DNA from: Octopus bimaculoides
Taxonomy: Eukaryota
Length of the DNA stretch: 64,000 nucleotides
Direction of reading: 5' to 3'
Assembly (NCBI RefSeq): GCF_001194135.2
Contig: NC_068998.1
Coordinates: 54,856,534-54,920,533 of the forward strand
Shown here: in pieces, positions 1 through 11,691 of the stretch
Layout: each line of letters starts with the position of its first letter
Position numbering within the stretch: position 1 is the stretch's first letter
Notes under the pieces: generated by a model
The model's database searches: none
What the model was told of the DNA's origin: nothing
Seen by the model: only the letters and a program-made list of their open reading frames with translations
Position numbers and translations under genes: made by a program

Positions 1-1062
1 TATATATATATATATATCATCATCACCATCATCATCATATATATATATATATATACACACACACATATATATCATTATTCAGTTTTATTTGAAGATTTCT
101 TGCCAACAGAGAAAGAGTTGGTTTCTAACCTAGATCCAAGTCTCCTTCATTGCAATTTCAAGGTATTTTGTATGTATGTGCTAAGGCTAAATTTTTTTCA
201 TTCATTAACATAATGGACAAAAGCCAGTTGACATAGTTCCAGTCTTTGACAATTGGTGCTTTTAAATTAGCGTCAGAAGGAAGAAAGGAAGCAAGGTCAA
301 AATTATGACGAATGCAACTTCATCTGTGGTTTTTAGAGAAAACAAACTGAAATAACTTTATCGACAGAAGCTTTAATGGGAAAGAAAGGAGAAGAGAAGA
401 CAAACCATTTGAGAAAAGTTGCCAAATTATTAAAAGCTGTGAGAGAAAGAATTTTCTGAGTTTAAAATGTTCCTAAAAGAAAAGGTCAAGCTAAAAATGT
501 TGAGATTTAAAACTACAATAGTTTTGACAGGCTGATTCTCAAAACAAGACTTATTAATGTCCTTGTGGTATGTTCTGGATAAAAGCTTGCAAATGTCATT
601 TTGAGTGCCTCCCACGAACTGTAGAATGTGGGCAAACTTTGTGCTGTGTATAACTGACTAAAATCTATTGTGATTTCTAAAGTAAGAATACGATGTGGGT
701 TACGACAAATGAATAAGTAAATATCTCTATGAATTCCTATCCATTTCAGTTTGGTGTCATTGTGAAATCTGACCCATGAAAGCCTTTCCAGCAGCTTCAG
801 GTTAGGATTGAACTTGTGCACATTTGGTTATATTTAACAGATGCTGAAAGCATTGAACTGGCAGAATCATGAATGTTTTGCTTGTATGAGATATATATTT
901 CCATGTGTATACACACACACACACAAATCCATAGATTTCTGTTCTAGTTAGTGAGAGAGGCAATGGTAAATGTTGTGTAATTGCATCTATCATGTTTCAG
1001 CTAACATCACAACAACAACAACACCAAGAACAACCACATATATTTTGGTAAGGTTACTTTAC

Positions 1063-1222
1063 CTTTCTCAAGAACATTGATCTGAGATTTCAGCATTTCC
1101 TTTTCTTTCTCTCCTTCGATTTTCGTGTCTTCCAGAGCTTTTAATTTCCTGCTGATGGTGTCCTTGTTTTTGTTCAGTCGTTCGCATTCTCGTTTCAAAA
1201 TTGCTACTTCGTCTTCTTTTTG
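1063..1222 (-). CDS. CFAP58: CFAP58 exon ([53 protein letters not shown]), phase 0-1
   Basis: TAG acceptor, G|GTAAAG donor, 160 nt. Aligns with AKEEEVHQMRLDIGKLNKIREQIHKKL...LKNQIVGLER. Confidence 0.9.
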
Positions 1223-1664
1223 CTACCCAAAGTTATTAGAAACAAAAGGTAGGGAAAAAGGTAGGAAAAAGCGAAAAACAAGAGAATTCTGATCATTGTA
1301 ATAAATAAATAAATAAATAACAAAGGGGTAAAAAGTACAAAAAATGGATGGAAAATATGGGAGTGGAAAAATTCTAAAAAAAATATTTGAATGAATGGAA
1401 AAGTAAATAAATGAACTTAGAATATAAAAATGGAAACAAATGAAGGGAAAAATAAGATAATAAATGTAAAAAATTTCATAAATGAATAAACAAAATATCA
1501 ATTTTGCTTCTGAGGAAGGATTTTGAGAAAAATAAAAAATAGAGACCAGTTTGTTTTGATTTCTCATTTTTTTTTCTTTCTTTTCTTTTTTGGTACCAGC
1601 AAATTTAAAGTGAGAACCATGTCTTCTTTTATCAGCAGGAAATTGTTAAATACCAAACAAAATA

Positions 1665-1716
<52 letters not shown>

Positions 1717-2688
1717 GCAACAATAATGATAATAATAATAATGTAGGTACAAGTGTGGCTGTAGGCACAGACACGGTTCCAGGTTCAATCCCACAATGCA
1801 GCACTTTGGCAGTTGTCTTCTACTATAGCCCTGGGCTGACCAAAACCTTGTCAGTAGCTCTGGTAGATGAAAACTGAAAGAAACCTGGCACACACACACA
1901 CATACATACAGCTAAGTAAAACATTGCTATACATACAGGCATGTCCAATACAACCATGACCCACACAATCTGTCCTTTGTCTAAACACCCCTAAAAACCC
2001 ATCTTCTGCACATCCCCCCCCCATCTCACTACCCATGATCACCACCCACTGCAGGCCCCTCCACTCTCCCTCACATGCCTGGCTGCACTCTCTCCATGCT
2101 TTANNNNNNNNNNNNNNNNNNNNNNNNNNNNNNNNNNNNNNNNNNNNNNNNNNNNNNNNNNNNCCCCCCCACACTCCACTTTCTCTCATTCATTACAGTC
2201 ATGTCTTATCCATCTCCTCTAAATGAAATTTTTTACATCTTTTGTCTTATTTTCCCTTTCATTCCTTTCTATTTTTATATTTTAAGTTCATTTATTTATT
2301 TTACCATTCATTCAAATATTTTTGGGAATTTTTTCACTGGTGCCACATAAAAAGCATTTGTGCTGGTGACATGTCAAATACACTAGCTGCATTTTCTCTC
2401 TAGTCTTTGTGTGTCCTCTGCATCTAGGATTGAACTTGGAACTAATGGATGACAAACAGACAACTCAACCACGTTGTTCATTATACCATCACTTTTTATG
2501 ATAGTAAGACATGATTTTCTCAAAGTTATGACAACAGAACTGTTCTCAGAATGAGGCCTTAGCTTTTTTTTATTTGAAACAAACAAAAAAAACCCAACAG
2601 TTAAGTGAGGATTAAACTAGTCGCCATTTAAAAGACATATATTTACACTGTTAAACTGAATGTAAGTAAAGATAGAGAAGATTCGCTG

Positions 2689-2730
<42 letters not shown>

Positions 2731-3799
2731 TGTCCTGTGTATGGAAAACATGTTCAGTTTAAAAACCAAAAAGTATTGTAAAGTCTGTGAATTCTTACCT
2801 TCAATTCCTGGTTTTTAAAGACAAGTTCTTGGTTCAACTGTTCACCAACTTCCAGTTGGTTCCTGTAGTCAGAATCCAGCTTGTGGAGCTTCGTTTCAAG
2901 CATTTTGTTATCTCGAGCATTTCTTTCTAAGTGAACCTGAAAGAAATACATACAATACATATATGTGTAATATATACTGCATATATTATGTAGTATATAT
3001 ATATATACATATAGTATATGTAAGATATATATATATATAATATATATAATACATATATAATAGATATACTATATGTAATATATATATACTATTTTCAATT
3101 TAAGATACTGCAAACAATTATGTTTTATCTTCTTGTCAAAGACTCTGTAGCGAGGCACAAAGAAGCCAGCACCATTTTGAAACAGCAAGATCTCACCTGC
3201 AACCATTATTTAAGGAAAAGACAAAAACATTTTCCTTCTCATTCTTCTCACACTGATGCTGAGCAAGACTTTGAAGCCAGGAGCTCACAGCGGACTTTTG
3301 TCCTGCTGTGATACCACCTGCATTGTCTCCAGAGGTTATTGAACCTCACGTGTATGGGAGAGAAGGCTAACAACGCACTGCTGTGAAGATGGTTACTGAA
3401 AACAAACCCCTTGAATGAAGCACCTGTGAATAAACGGTTATTGAATTTACTCTTCCTGAGAACTTCGTTCTTCATATTTCCAGCTTCTTGAATCAACAGA
3501 ATAATTATAATGGAAGAAAAAGACACCCCAAAACCCTTCCTTCCATTATAAAATGGTGACCCCAGTCTAAAAGGATTTTCAACAGCCAAAAGCTTCTATC
3601 GTTATTAAAATGGCTCACCCTGGGGTATCTTCTTCCATTATAACTCTATTATTTGATCAGGACATATATGAGTATATGTATATTTTTATTAATATTTATA
3701 TAAATTTGTAGTGCAATATATGGGTCCATAGAAGCATGTGGCTATCACAGCAAGCTCCTACAGTGGACCTGGCTATCAGACCACATAGTAATCCAATAT

Positions 3800-3855
<56 letters not shown>

Positions 3856-4829
3856 GATTTACTTCCATCCCATTTCAGTCTATCTAAGTCCCTCACAAGA
3901 CATTTGTCAGTTCAGGGCTAAAGTAGAAGACACTTACTTTCATTTCTTCCAGACTGTTCTCTTTCTCTGTGATTTCCTCTTTATATTTATCTTTCAGGTA
4001 TTGAATACGTTTCAGCTCACTTGTTACTGTTTCTAAATCCTCCTTAGTTAGTTTCATTTCTCTTTCTAGTTTGTCCTTCTTCCGTGTTTCTCGCTGTGAT
4101 TCAGAGATTTTCACCTGAATGTCATGCGTTAGCTGAAATAGAAACAAAAGGAGACAAAATACCATTAACCATTGATTAACTCAATCACCAATATTCAGGA
4201 ACAGCTATTGTCCTTCACTTCCAATCTTCTGTGAAAACCTTTCTGGTTAACATGGGGAAATATTTGTTTATTTGGAAATAGATGAAGGCTGGTGGGTGAC
4301 TGAAAAGGCATAAGGCTGTGGAAAATCTGTTTCAAGATATTACATCTGACCCGTGAAAGCATGGAAAAGAGGATGCTAGAAGGATGATGACGGCAACAAT
4401 GACAAGAACGATATGTTATTTTGTGCACTTGTATGAAAAGAAATATTTCTTGCATATTTGAATATTAAAATAATTTTGGAGCAGTTAACATTTTTCTGCA
4501 ACTAAATCTACCTTTTCTATCATGAATGCTTAAACTTATGAAGTAGAAGTAGAGCATTTTATCAACCAGGCTGATTAAAGAATTGCAGAACAATGTCCTT
4601 AGCCTGGGGCACAGTATACTGGCTGCACTCAAGTTCCAAATCTTAACCTGTAGAGTCATCAGTTCATTTCTGTAACTTTACATTCTACTGCAATATTTCT
4701 GTTGCTAAACTCAATATGAGGTCATTCTGCTATGCTTCAATGATTCAAAGAATTTCTATAATTAATTGACGACTTAGCACCAAGGTAGAATTTAGAAACA
4801 AAATTTGTAGAATAGAGTGAAAAAAAAAG

Positions 4830-4864
<35 letters not shown>

Positions 4865-7270
4865 ACCTTACTTCAGTAATTTTTTCTTCAGTTTCAACAA
4901 TTCTCTCTTCAAGTATCTTCCTGGTTTCAGAAACATCTGACAACTCACTCTGCAAGTTAGAAATTTGGTAAACCAATTCCTCTCGTTCAATTTCATGAGC
5001 TTCTTTAAGTCTGAATATTTCTTGCATTCTAAAAAAAAAATAAAGGAATCAGATGAAGAAATTAGTGATTGACTTGTTTAAGGAAGCAGAGGAGGACAAG
5101 TGTGGGGTAGGGGTGTTGGATTCCTTACCAAAGGACTAACAATTCACACATTCTAGCACAGTGTTGGTTCCACTCTTGACTCTGTGTTGAGTCAATGGGG
5201 AAGCCTCTATGCAGTTGTCAACTTAATAGAAATAGCAGTCTAATTTCCATCAAATCCTTTCATTTTAAATAATAATAATAATAATGAACAAGAAGAAATA
5301 TCAGTCATTGTAGCCCCCAACACACAATAATGTGGGATGGACACAACTGGAACTCTTTGGTCAAAGATCCTTTTTTATCACAGCTGACCAGAAGCCAAGC
5401 AACACTTACACCTTTGCTGGACCCATGAATAAGATACTGAACACTTGCTGATCAATTCTTCTTCTTCACCATCTGTGGTTTACATAATTGACTATAAGCC
5501 TGACCACTTCTTGTCAAACTGTCCAACCCTTGCCAGCATGGAAGGAGGACATTGAACGATGAGGATAAGGAGGAGGAGGGGTTTTTTTTCCCTAAATTTT
5601 TACCAGTTGCTAACAATTTAAAATATGTTTTCTCAACATGATTATTCAATATCTTCAGAGTTTTCGTTTAACATAAAGAATTTCATGTTCAGTTGCAAAA
5701 ATTAAATTAAAACTTGGTATTTTTCAAAGTTTCTTTCAATTTAATTACAACATGTACAACAAAAGATTTGATTTAATTACTGAGAAATCAAAAATAATAT
5801 TTAAAATTTTTAATTTTCTTACAATAATTTTTCTTATTCAGCCAAGTCCAAATTTAATTTCTTGCTTTAATCATAAGGTATAAAAGAGGAATATTTTCAC
5901 TGAATTTTTCCATTCAGTTGCTGCTAAACAACAATCAGAGGATAATTTCTTCTAATTCTTTTACAATTAAACCATTTCTTACACGTGATTGCAAGAAATG
6001 TAGGTAAACGCTCCAGTGTTGAATTTTCAGTTAAAATATTACAAAACATTCTCAAAGTCAATGTTTTCTTGGTCTAACCAGGAATTTTGGCATTTCTGAA
6101 CTTGATTAGTATTGGAACCAACATTGATTTCAGGATCTCATCTACTGAGTGAAGAAATGGCAAGCATTGTCCTTGGTCTCAGACATTAAACTACAAACTA
6201 CACAGAACAACAATCCTTTTTACTAAAACAACCTTCAGATACACAACACTCTTATAACATGGACATACAAGATATAAATGGAAAAAAAGAGGTGCCAAGA
6301 TGTGAGGACAGAGAAAAATTGATGTCAGTTCAAAGTTAGATAACTCAAGTAACTTCATGCCAAAACAGAGTCTCCATCAACCGAATTTCATTCTCAGGTT
6401 GATAATACTGATCAACACAAATGTATGGTTGAAGAGTTCTTACCCTTGGTGTGCTGAACAGTGGGATCAAACCTGGAACCGTGCAGTTTCAGAGTAAATT
6501 CCTTAATCCCAAAGCCATACCTGTGTATAACATAACTGACAGACCAGGAAATTGGAGAGCCTCCACACGGTCATTCAACCTGCTATAAACAGTAGCCAAA
6601 GCTCCCTCAAATGACACCATACTGACTTAATGAACACTTTGGATAATGTATTCCTAGATAAATAAAAAAGGTGTGTTGATCATGACTGGAATGTCTTTTG
6701 CTTAGCCAGGGCTGACACAGTTTAACAGTGACATCTGGTCCTTGGGTACCTTTAGCAACGTCCACTCTGTTACATGTATTTGAACCAGGCTTTCAGTTTA
6801 AAGATAACATCATTCCCCCCTTTACACCAACTTCAGGAGGCCTGGCAAAGGGCCATCGGTGCAGCTTTCTTTGTTTCATTAACAGAAAAGAAATCTTTAT
6901 AAAGTCTGTAGACCCTAACCAAGAGTTGTGATACAACATGTGAACAATTATAGAATGCTACCTCGACTTACTTTTGTTCTTCATTAACATCCAATGCCGT
7001 TCCTCGATCCAAGGTCGAAGATATATTCTCAATCTCATTCTTCAGGCCTTCTATGGCTTCTTTATAAGTGAGTTCCTTCTCTTGGTTTTGATCAACGAGT
7101 TTCCATGCCTTTTCCACTTCCTACAACATATCCATTCAATGTACACACACAGTTTACAATCAGTTGTGTGTGTGTGTGTGTGTATGTGTGTGTGTGTGTG
7201 TATGTATGTGTATGTACATAGATCTATGGACACATACACACATATATGTTTATATATACATACATATATA

Positions 7271-7338
<68 letters not shown>

Positions 7339-7985
7339 CATACATATATATATATATATATGTATAATCTATGAGTGGTTTTCTCCAATCAGATTGAAGC
7401 TTGGTGTCGCCTCCCGGTCCACCAGTCCTCAGTGAAATTGTCCAACCCATACTAGCATGGAAAACGGACGTTAAACGATGATGATGATATGTATGCATGT
7501 ATGTATATTCATATATAGGCACGCATATTTATGGTGGTGCTCCAGTATGACAGCAGCCACATGGCTGAAACATAAAAGAATGAAATATATATCCAACAGG
7601 CTTTGATAGAATTTTGCCTTCCAAATTTTACCCCCAAAAATTTGGCTGCACCAAATGTGGCACGGAGAGAAAGGTAAGCTAAATTAACAAATAAAAATTT
7701 GAAATGGAAAGTGTTACCTTCTTAAGGGAAGCAATGTTCGTTTGGTCTTCTTCGGACAAAATCATCAGATGGGATACTTTGGCCCCTTGGGCTATCATCT
7801 CAGCATTTAACTCCCGACATTTTAACATTAACCTTTTTTCATTTTCATGAGATTTCTTCAAGGCTTGATGTAATTTTTCATATTCACCTCTGAATTTATC
7901 AAGAGTTTTGTTTGCTGCCAACTCTTGAAGGACCTGTGAAATATTTCGTAGAAAATTTCTTAAAACATCACATTATATATGTATG

Positions 7986-8020
<35 letters not shown>

Positions 8021-11000
8021 NNNNNNNNNNNNNNNNNNNNNNNNNNNNNNNNNNNNNNNNNNNNNNNNNNNNNNNNNNNNNNNNNNNNNNNNNNNNNNNN
8101 NNNNNNNNNNNNNNNNNNNNNNNNNNNNNNNNNNNNNNNNNNNNNNNNNNNNNNNNNNNNNNNNNNNNNNNNNNNNNNNNNNNNNNNNNNNNNNNNNNNN
8201 NNNNNNNNNNNNNNNNNNNNNNNNNNNNNNNNNNNNNNNNNNNNNNNNNNNNNNNNNNNNNNNNNNNNNNNNNNNNNNNNNNNNNNNNNNNNNNNNNNNN
8301 NNNNNNNNNNNNNNNNNNNNNNNNNNNNNNNNNNNNNNNNNNNNNNNNNNNNNNNNNNNNNNNNNNNNNNNNNNNNNNNNNNNNNNNNNNNNNNNNNNNN
8401 NNNNNNNNNNNNNNNNNNNNNNNNNNNNNNNNNNNNNNNNNNNNNNNNNNNNNNNNNNNNNNNNNNNNNNNNNNNNNNNNNNNNNNNNNNNNNNNNNNNN
8501 NNNNNNNNNNNNNNNNNNNNNNNNNNNNNNNNNNNNNNNNNNNNNNNNNNNNNNNNNNNNNNNNNNNNNNNNNNNNNNNNNNNNNNNNNNNNNNNNNNNN
8601 NNNNNNNNNNNNNNNNNNNNNNNNNNNNNNNNNNNNNNNNNNNNNNNNNNNNNNNNNNNNNNNNNNNNNNNNNNNNNNNNNNNNNNNNNNNNNNNNNNNN
8701 NNNNNNNNNNNNNNNNNNNNNNNNNNNNNNNNGAGGTTGGTCTTCAAGCGACAAGTGACCATTCCTAAAACGTGAAAACCACTCATAAACTTGTGTCTTG
8801 CTCATGCCAGCAGCATCCTTGTAAGCTGTTTGAAGCATGGTAACTGTTTCAGCTGCTGTTTTCCTGAGCAGAAAAAAAAAATTCATGGAAGCATGCTTCT
8901 TTCATTTCAGCCATTGCAAAAATCAATGAACAGGTGAGAAGTACTGCAAAACAAAGACGTATCATGTGGCAGTACAACTTCAATCGACCAGTTGGCAGAC
9001 TGATGCCTGAGGGTCACATCAAGTGGCTTCTAGTGACAGAAACCTGAACTACAATGGGTTTGTCCCACAGAGAACGTTTCCGGTTACTATTGGGTACCCC
9101 CTCGTATATGTATATATATAAAATGACAGGCTTCTTTCAGTTTCCATCTACCAAATCCAGACAAGGTTATAATAGAAGAAACTTACCCAAGATGCCACGC
9201 AGTGGGACTGAACCCAAGACCACATGGTTGGGAAGCAAACTTCTTACCCACACAGCCACGTTGGCATCTATGCACTTCTGGAAATATTTTCATTCAGCAT
9301 TGGAAATTACTAAATCATTCCCCAACTTTAAAAAGTGGTGTAATTCTAATAACCCTGTGTCTATGTCCAGTTCATTGGAATGTCTTTGGACAGGGGCGGG
9401 GCCACAGACTTCCACATCTGAGGCTGGTTGTAGCCCCTCCACCACCACCACCACTGGTTTGTTTTAAACAGAAGCAACTTGTCTTTTAGAATAATAAATC
9501 TGATAAATCAAAAATTATTGCTTACTTCTTGAAATTCTTGTTCCATAGTATTAAATGCGGTGTCATCAAAAGCCAATTTGTCGACTTTACTTTGCCCGAA
9601 GAGTTCCTCCTCAATTTCTTCTTTTGTGTCCTACAAAATATATAAAGACAATTTAATGTATAAGAAATAGTCATCATCATCATCATCATCATTATTGTTA
9701 GTAACGCAGTTCTTAGTCCATGAAAGACTGCTTTGATGATCGCTATTACTGTCATTCTGGAACTTTCTGCCTACATGTGCAAAGGCACTTTGGATCGATG
9801 TTAAACCTCTGCGCCTTTGTTTTCGTTTCGGGTGATCTATGTCGTTACTGATGTGAAAATTATTTGTACTGATCAGTATCTTCCTGGTTTTCACATCAAT
9901 GGCTCATCTAAAAGGCCCTTCAAACAGCAATAAATATTGGCTTCAAATTTTGGTACAAGGCCAGCAATATCGGGGGCAGGGGAGGGAACCAGTAGATTAC
10001 ATCGATCTTAGTGCTCAACTAGTATTTATTTTATCGACTCCAAAAAGAAGGTGACTCCGGCGGCATTTGAACTCAGAACGTAAAGAAGGACAAAATGCCA
10101 CTCAGCAGTTTGCCCGGCGTGCTAACGGTTCTGCTTGCTCACTGCTTTAAACAGCTACAAATATTAATAAACCTTTTTCAAATCACACTTCTATAAAGTA
10201 ATCCAAAGTTTCAATTAATTTTTGACGCCAATGATACATGGGAGGCAACTCTTTAAGTCTCGTCTAGAAAACACAAAAAAAATATTCGCCAAATATTTCA
10301 AAAGGCGAAATTATTTATAAAAATAAACGTTTGTCATTGAAATGAAAGCTTTAATAATTAATATGTATTGAAGCCCGAGAGGAATGGAAATGTTACATTC
10401 TGTATGTTACGTATAGCATTTATTTACATCTCTCTTCGACAACATTGTCGCTGAAGGGCACTTTGGTTAAAACTCCTTAGATTTTAGTTTTTTTTCTTCC
10501 ACAATACCGTTGAAGTGGAATTTAATAAACAGGAACTGTGTAAAGCCAGTCGTATTTCTAACGAAATAATCTTTATTGTATTTTGCGGTTCGATTCTAAT
10601 ATAATATAGTCTTTTAAAGAGGCCAACATACTTTTGCTTCGCCAGAAATCAGACGACAAACTGTTAATATTACATTTTTTTTTTCAAATATTATTCAGAT
10701 AAATAGAACTTATTTGGGTTCACGAAAAAGATATTGCTACAGGAGGGGGGGTAAGTTATAGCTTCTTAGAAGGTGTATACTCCCTTTAAAGTTTTATAAT
10801 TCATTTTATCTTAAACGAATCGATGACAGTAATTCTCCATGATAACGTAATTTGAATTGCTTAAAATAGCAGCCAAATCTATTTTAAATTACACCCTTCT
10901 GACTAAAAACATAAAGGGGCCCACATTGCATAATGTTGTCGACTGCTTGAAAAAAATATATGGGATGATCAAAGCTGGAACGCCACAAATTATGGGTAGT

Positions 11001-11255
11001 CAGATACATTGTGAATTTAACCAGAAGCAGTTGACTATTAGAGTTATAAACGATAATTCAAAAATTTATGCTTACTTCTGAAAAATGATCATCCATACTT
11101 TTAAACATGACATCCTCCTCAGCTTTTTTGCCTTTGTCATCTGGTTTTCTGTCATCACCTGCTTTGTCTTTACCAGCTGGCTTCACTTCCTTGGGCAGTT
11201 TTTCTTCTTGTGCTTTCTCTTCCTTCTTTTGGCTGTCAGTCTCCTCTTTTTTTTC
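1063..11255 (-). CDS. CFAP58: Cilia- and flagella-associated protein 58 (CCDC147), 5' part of a multi-exon gene. Start codon not firmly located; 3' exons lie beyond the left edge.
   Basis: Eight GT-AG exons with consistent phases (11076-11255, 9526-9630, 7718-7933, 6972-7120, 4872-5028, 3938-4132, 2799-2936, 1063-1222). Spliced translation ...[11 protein letters not shown]|[46 protein letters not shown]...|[10 protein letters not shown]... is collinear with human CFAP58 as recalled ([57 protein letters not shown]...EIEKAWKMVD). Confidence 0.93.
1672..1742. repeat. (AAT)n microsatellite
   Basis: Near-perfect trinucleotide run. Confidence 0.95.
1742..1890 (+). mobile_element. tRNA-derived SINE (Octopus-type family A)
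   Basis: GTGGCTGT...GGTTCAATCCCAC B-box, then GTCTTCTACTATAGCC...GGTAGATGAAAACTGAAAGAA ending in (CA)n; related copies elsewhere in the window. Confidence 0.8.
2799..2936 (-). CDS. CFAP58: CFAP58 exon ([46 protein letters not shown]), phase 0-0
   Basis: TTTCAG acceptor, AAG|GTAAGA donor, 138 nt; coiled-coil sequence in the expected collinear position. Confidence 0.9.
3938..4132 (-). CDS. CFAP58: CFAP58 exon ([27 protein letters not shown]...LEEMK), phase 0-0
   Basis: TTTCAG acceptor, GTAAGT donor, 195 nt. [12 protein letters not shown] matches the recalled REFRKKEKLEKE. Confidence 0.92.
4872..5028 (-). CDS. CFAP58: CFAP58 exon ([18 protein letters not shown]...ETEEKITE), phase 2-0
   Basis: T-tract TAG acceptor, GTAAGG donor, 157 nt; phase matches the 6972 donor. 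Confidence 0.9.
6972..7120 (-). CDS. CFAP58: CFAP58 exon ([49 protein letters not shown]), phase 0-2
   Basis: TTGTAG acceptor, GTAAGT donor, 149 nt. EVEKAWK motif. Not shown in this frame by the ORF track. Confidence 0.93.
7385..7490 (+). mobile_element. RTE-type LINE/SINE 3' tail
   Basis: TGTCCAACCCATACTAGCATGGAAAACGGACGTTAAACGATGATGATGA; related tails at ~5520, ~30570, ~43690 and (minus strand) ~56975. Confidence 0.65.
7718..7933 (-). CDS. CFAP58: CFAP58 exon ([21 protein letters not shown]...TNIASLKK), phase 0-0
   Basis: CAG acceptor, AAG|GTAACA donor, 216 nt; the most conserved CFAP58 N-terminal block. Confidence 0.95.
8733..9106 (-). mobile_element. Tc1/mariner element: 5' TIR and transposase N-terminus, frameshifted, running into an N-gap
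   Basis: TA followed by TIR-like CGAGGGGGTACCCAATAGTAACCGGAAA ending at 9104. ATG at 8914 (MAEMKE...), then a 1-nt shift into [48 protein letters not shown] (mariner HTH). Confidence 0.88.
9110..9265 (-). mobile_element. tRNA-derived SINE (family A)
   Basis: Reverse complement of GTGGCTGTGTGGGTAAGAAGTTTGCTTCCCAACCATGTGG...GTTCAGTCCCACTGCGTGGCATCTTGGG. Confidence 0.85.
9526..9630 (-). CDS. CFAP58: CFAP58 N-terminal exon B ([35 protein letters not shown]), phase 0-0
   Basis: TTGTAG acceptor, GAA|GTAAGC donor, 105 nt. The end matches human VLEESAFEEMERDFQG. Confidence 0.88.
9930..10145 (-). mobile_element. SINE family B (central-domain SINE)
   Basis: GGCTTCAAATTTTGG...TACATCGA...TATTTATTTTATCGAC...GGCGGCATTTGAACTCAGAACG; homologous copies at ~19480, 21032, 21345, 21650 and 35610. 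Confidence 0.75.
11076..11255 (-). CDS. CFAP58: CFAP58 N-terminal exon A, paralogue of exon B ([60 protein letters not shown]), phase 0-0
   Basis: GATAG acceptor, GAA|GTAAGC donor, 180 nt open. Same terminal F-x2-M-x3-F-x-E motif and similar intronic flanks as exon B. Confidence 0.72.
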
Positions 11256-11658
11256 CTATCAAGTATATAAAAACACTTTGATGGATGAAATCTATCTTTA
11301 CACTTTGAATAAACAACATCAACAAAGGAAACCAGAACAACATGACACGAGAGAAAACTTTTGCCAAATGAGCTAATTCTAAGTTTTATCCCATTTGATG
11401 ATGGATCTCTTTCTAGAAATCAAGAATTGTAACTAACTGCAATACTTTACAATAGGAATGTATTACAAACAGAATGAACAGAGCAATATATGTTTATAGT
11501 GATATCTATTTAACAAGACTTCTTTATTGGAAGAGCCTCAGATCTTAAACAATCATATGAAGTGTTAAACAAACCACAAATGGTAGAACCTCAAAGAAAG
11601 TCAAATAACAAAACCAGGAAGAACATTAATTTGAAATATAGTTCTGCATGCTGATGCA

Positions 11659-11691
<33 letters not shown>

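Larger units (their letters stand above)
1361..2338. repeat. Inverted repeat pair (~120 bp arms at 1361-1480 and 2222-2338)
   Basis: The reverse complement of 2222-2338 aligns with 1361-1480 (AAAATATTTGAATGAATGG...AATAAATGAACTTA...AATGTAAAAAATTTCAT); the ORF track shows near-identical peptides on opposite strands. Confidence 0.9.

Noticed and set aside
430-821. Minus ORFs with ITIDFSQLYT, reminiscent of Penelope RT (TFDFSTLYT)
   Set aside because: Only one weak motif, with no convincing downstream RT motifs, so it was not called.
3120-3600. GC-richer intronic segment with 63-113 aa ORFs
   Set aside because: No splice-phase role in CFAP58 and no recognisable motif; probably an old repeat remnant.
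7912-8786. Long ORF-track entries spanning N-gaps (also 13109-13849, 44130-44751, 45114-45746, 51518-52225, 53395-53936)
   Set aside because: Artefacts of N runs translated as X, plus microsatellite-derived YI/CV/HT repeats.
10833-10846. X-box-like TTCTCCATGATAAC between the duplicated CFAP58 exons
   Set aside because: Only 13/14 match to a degenerate consensus, with no associated first exon or donor found.
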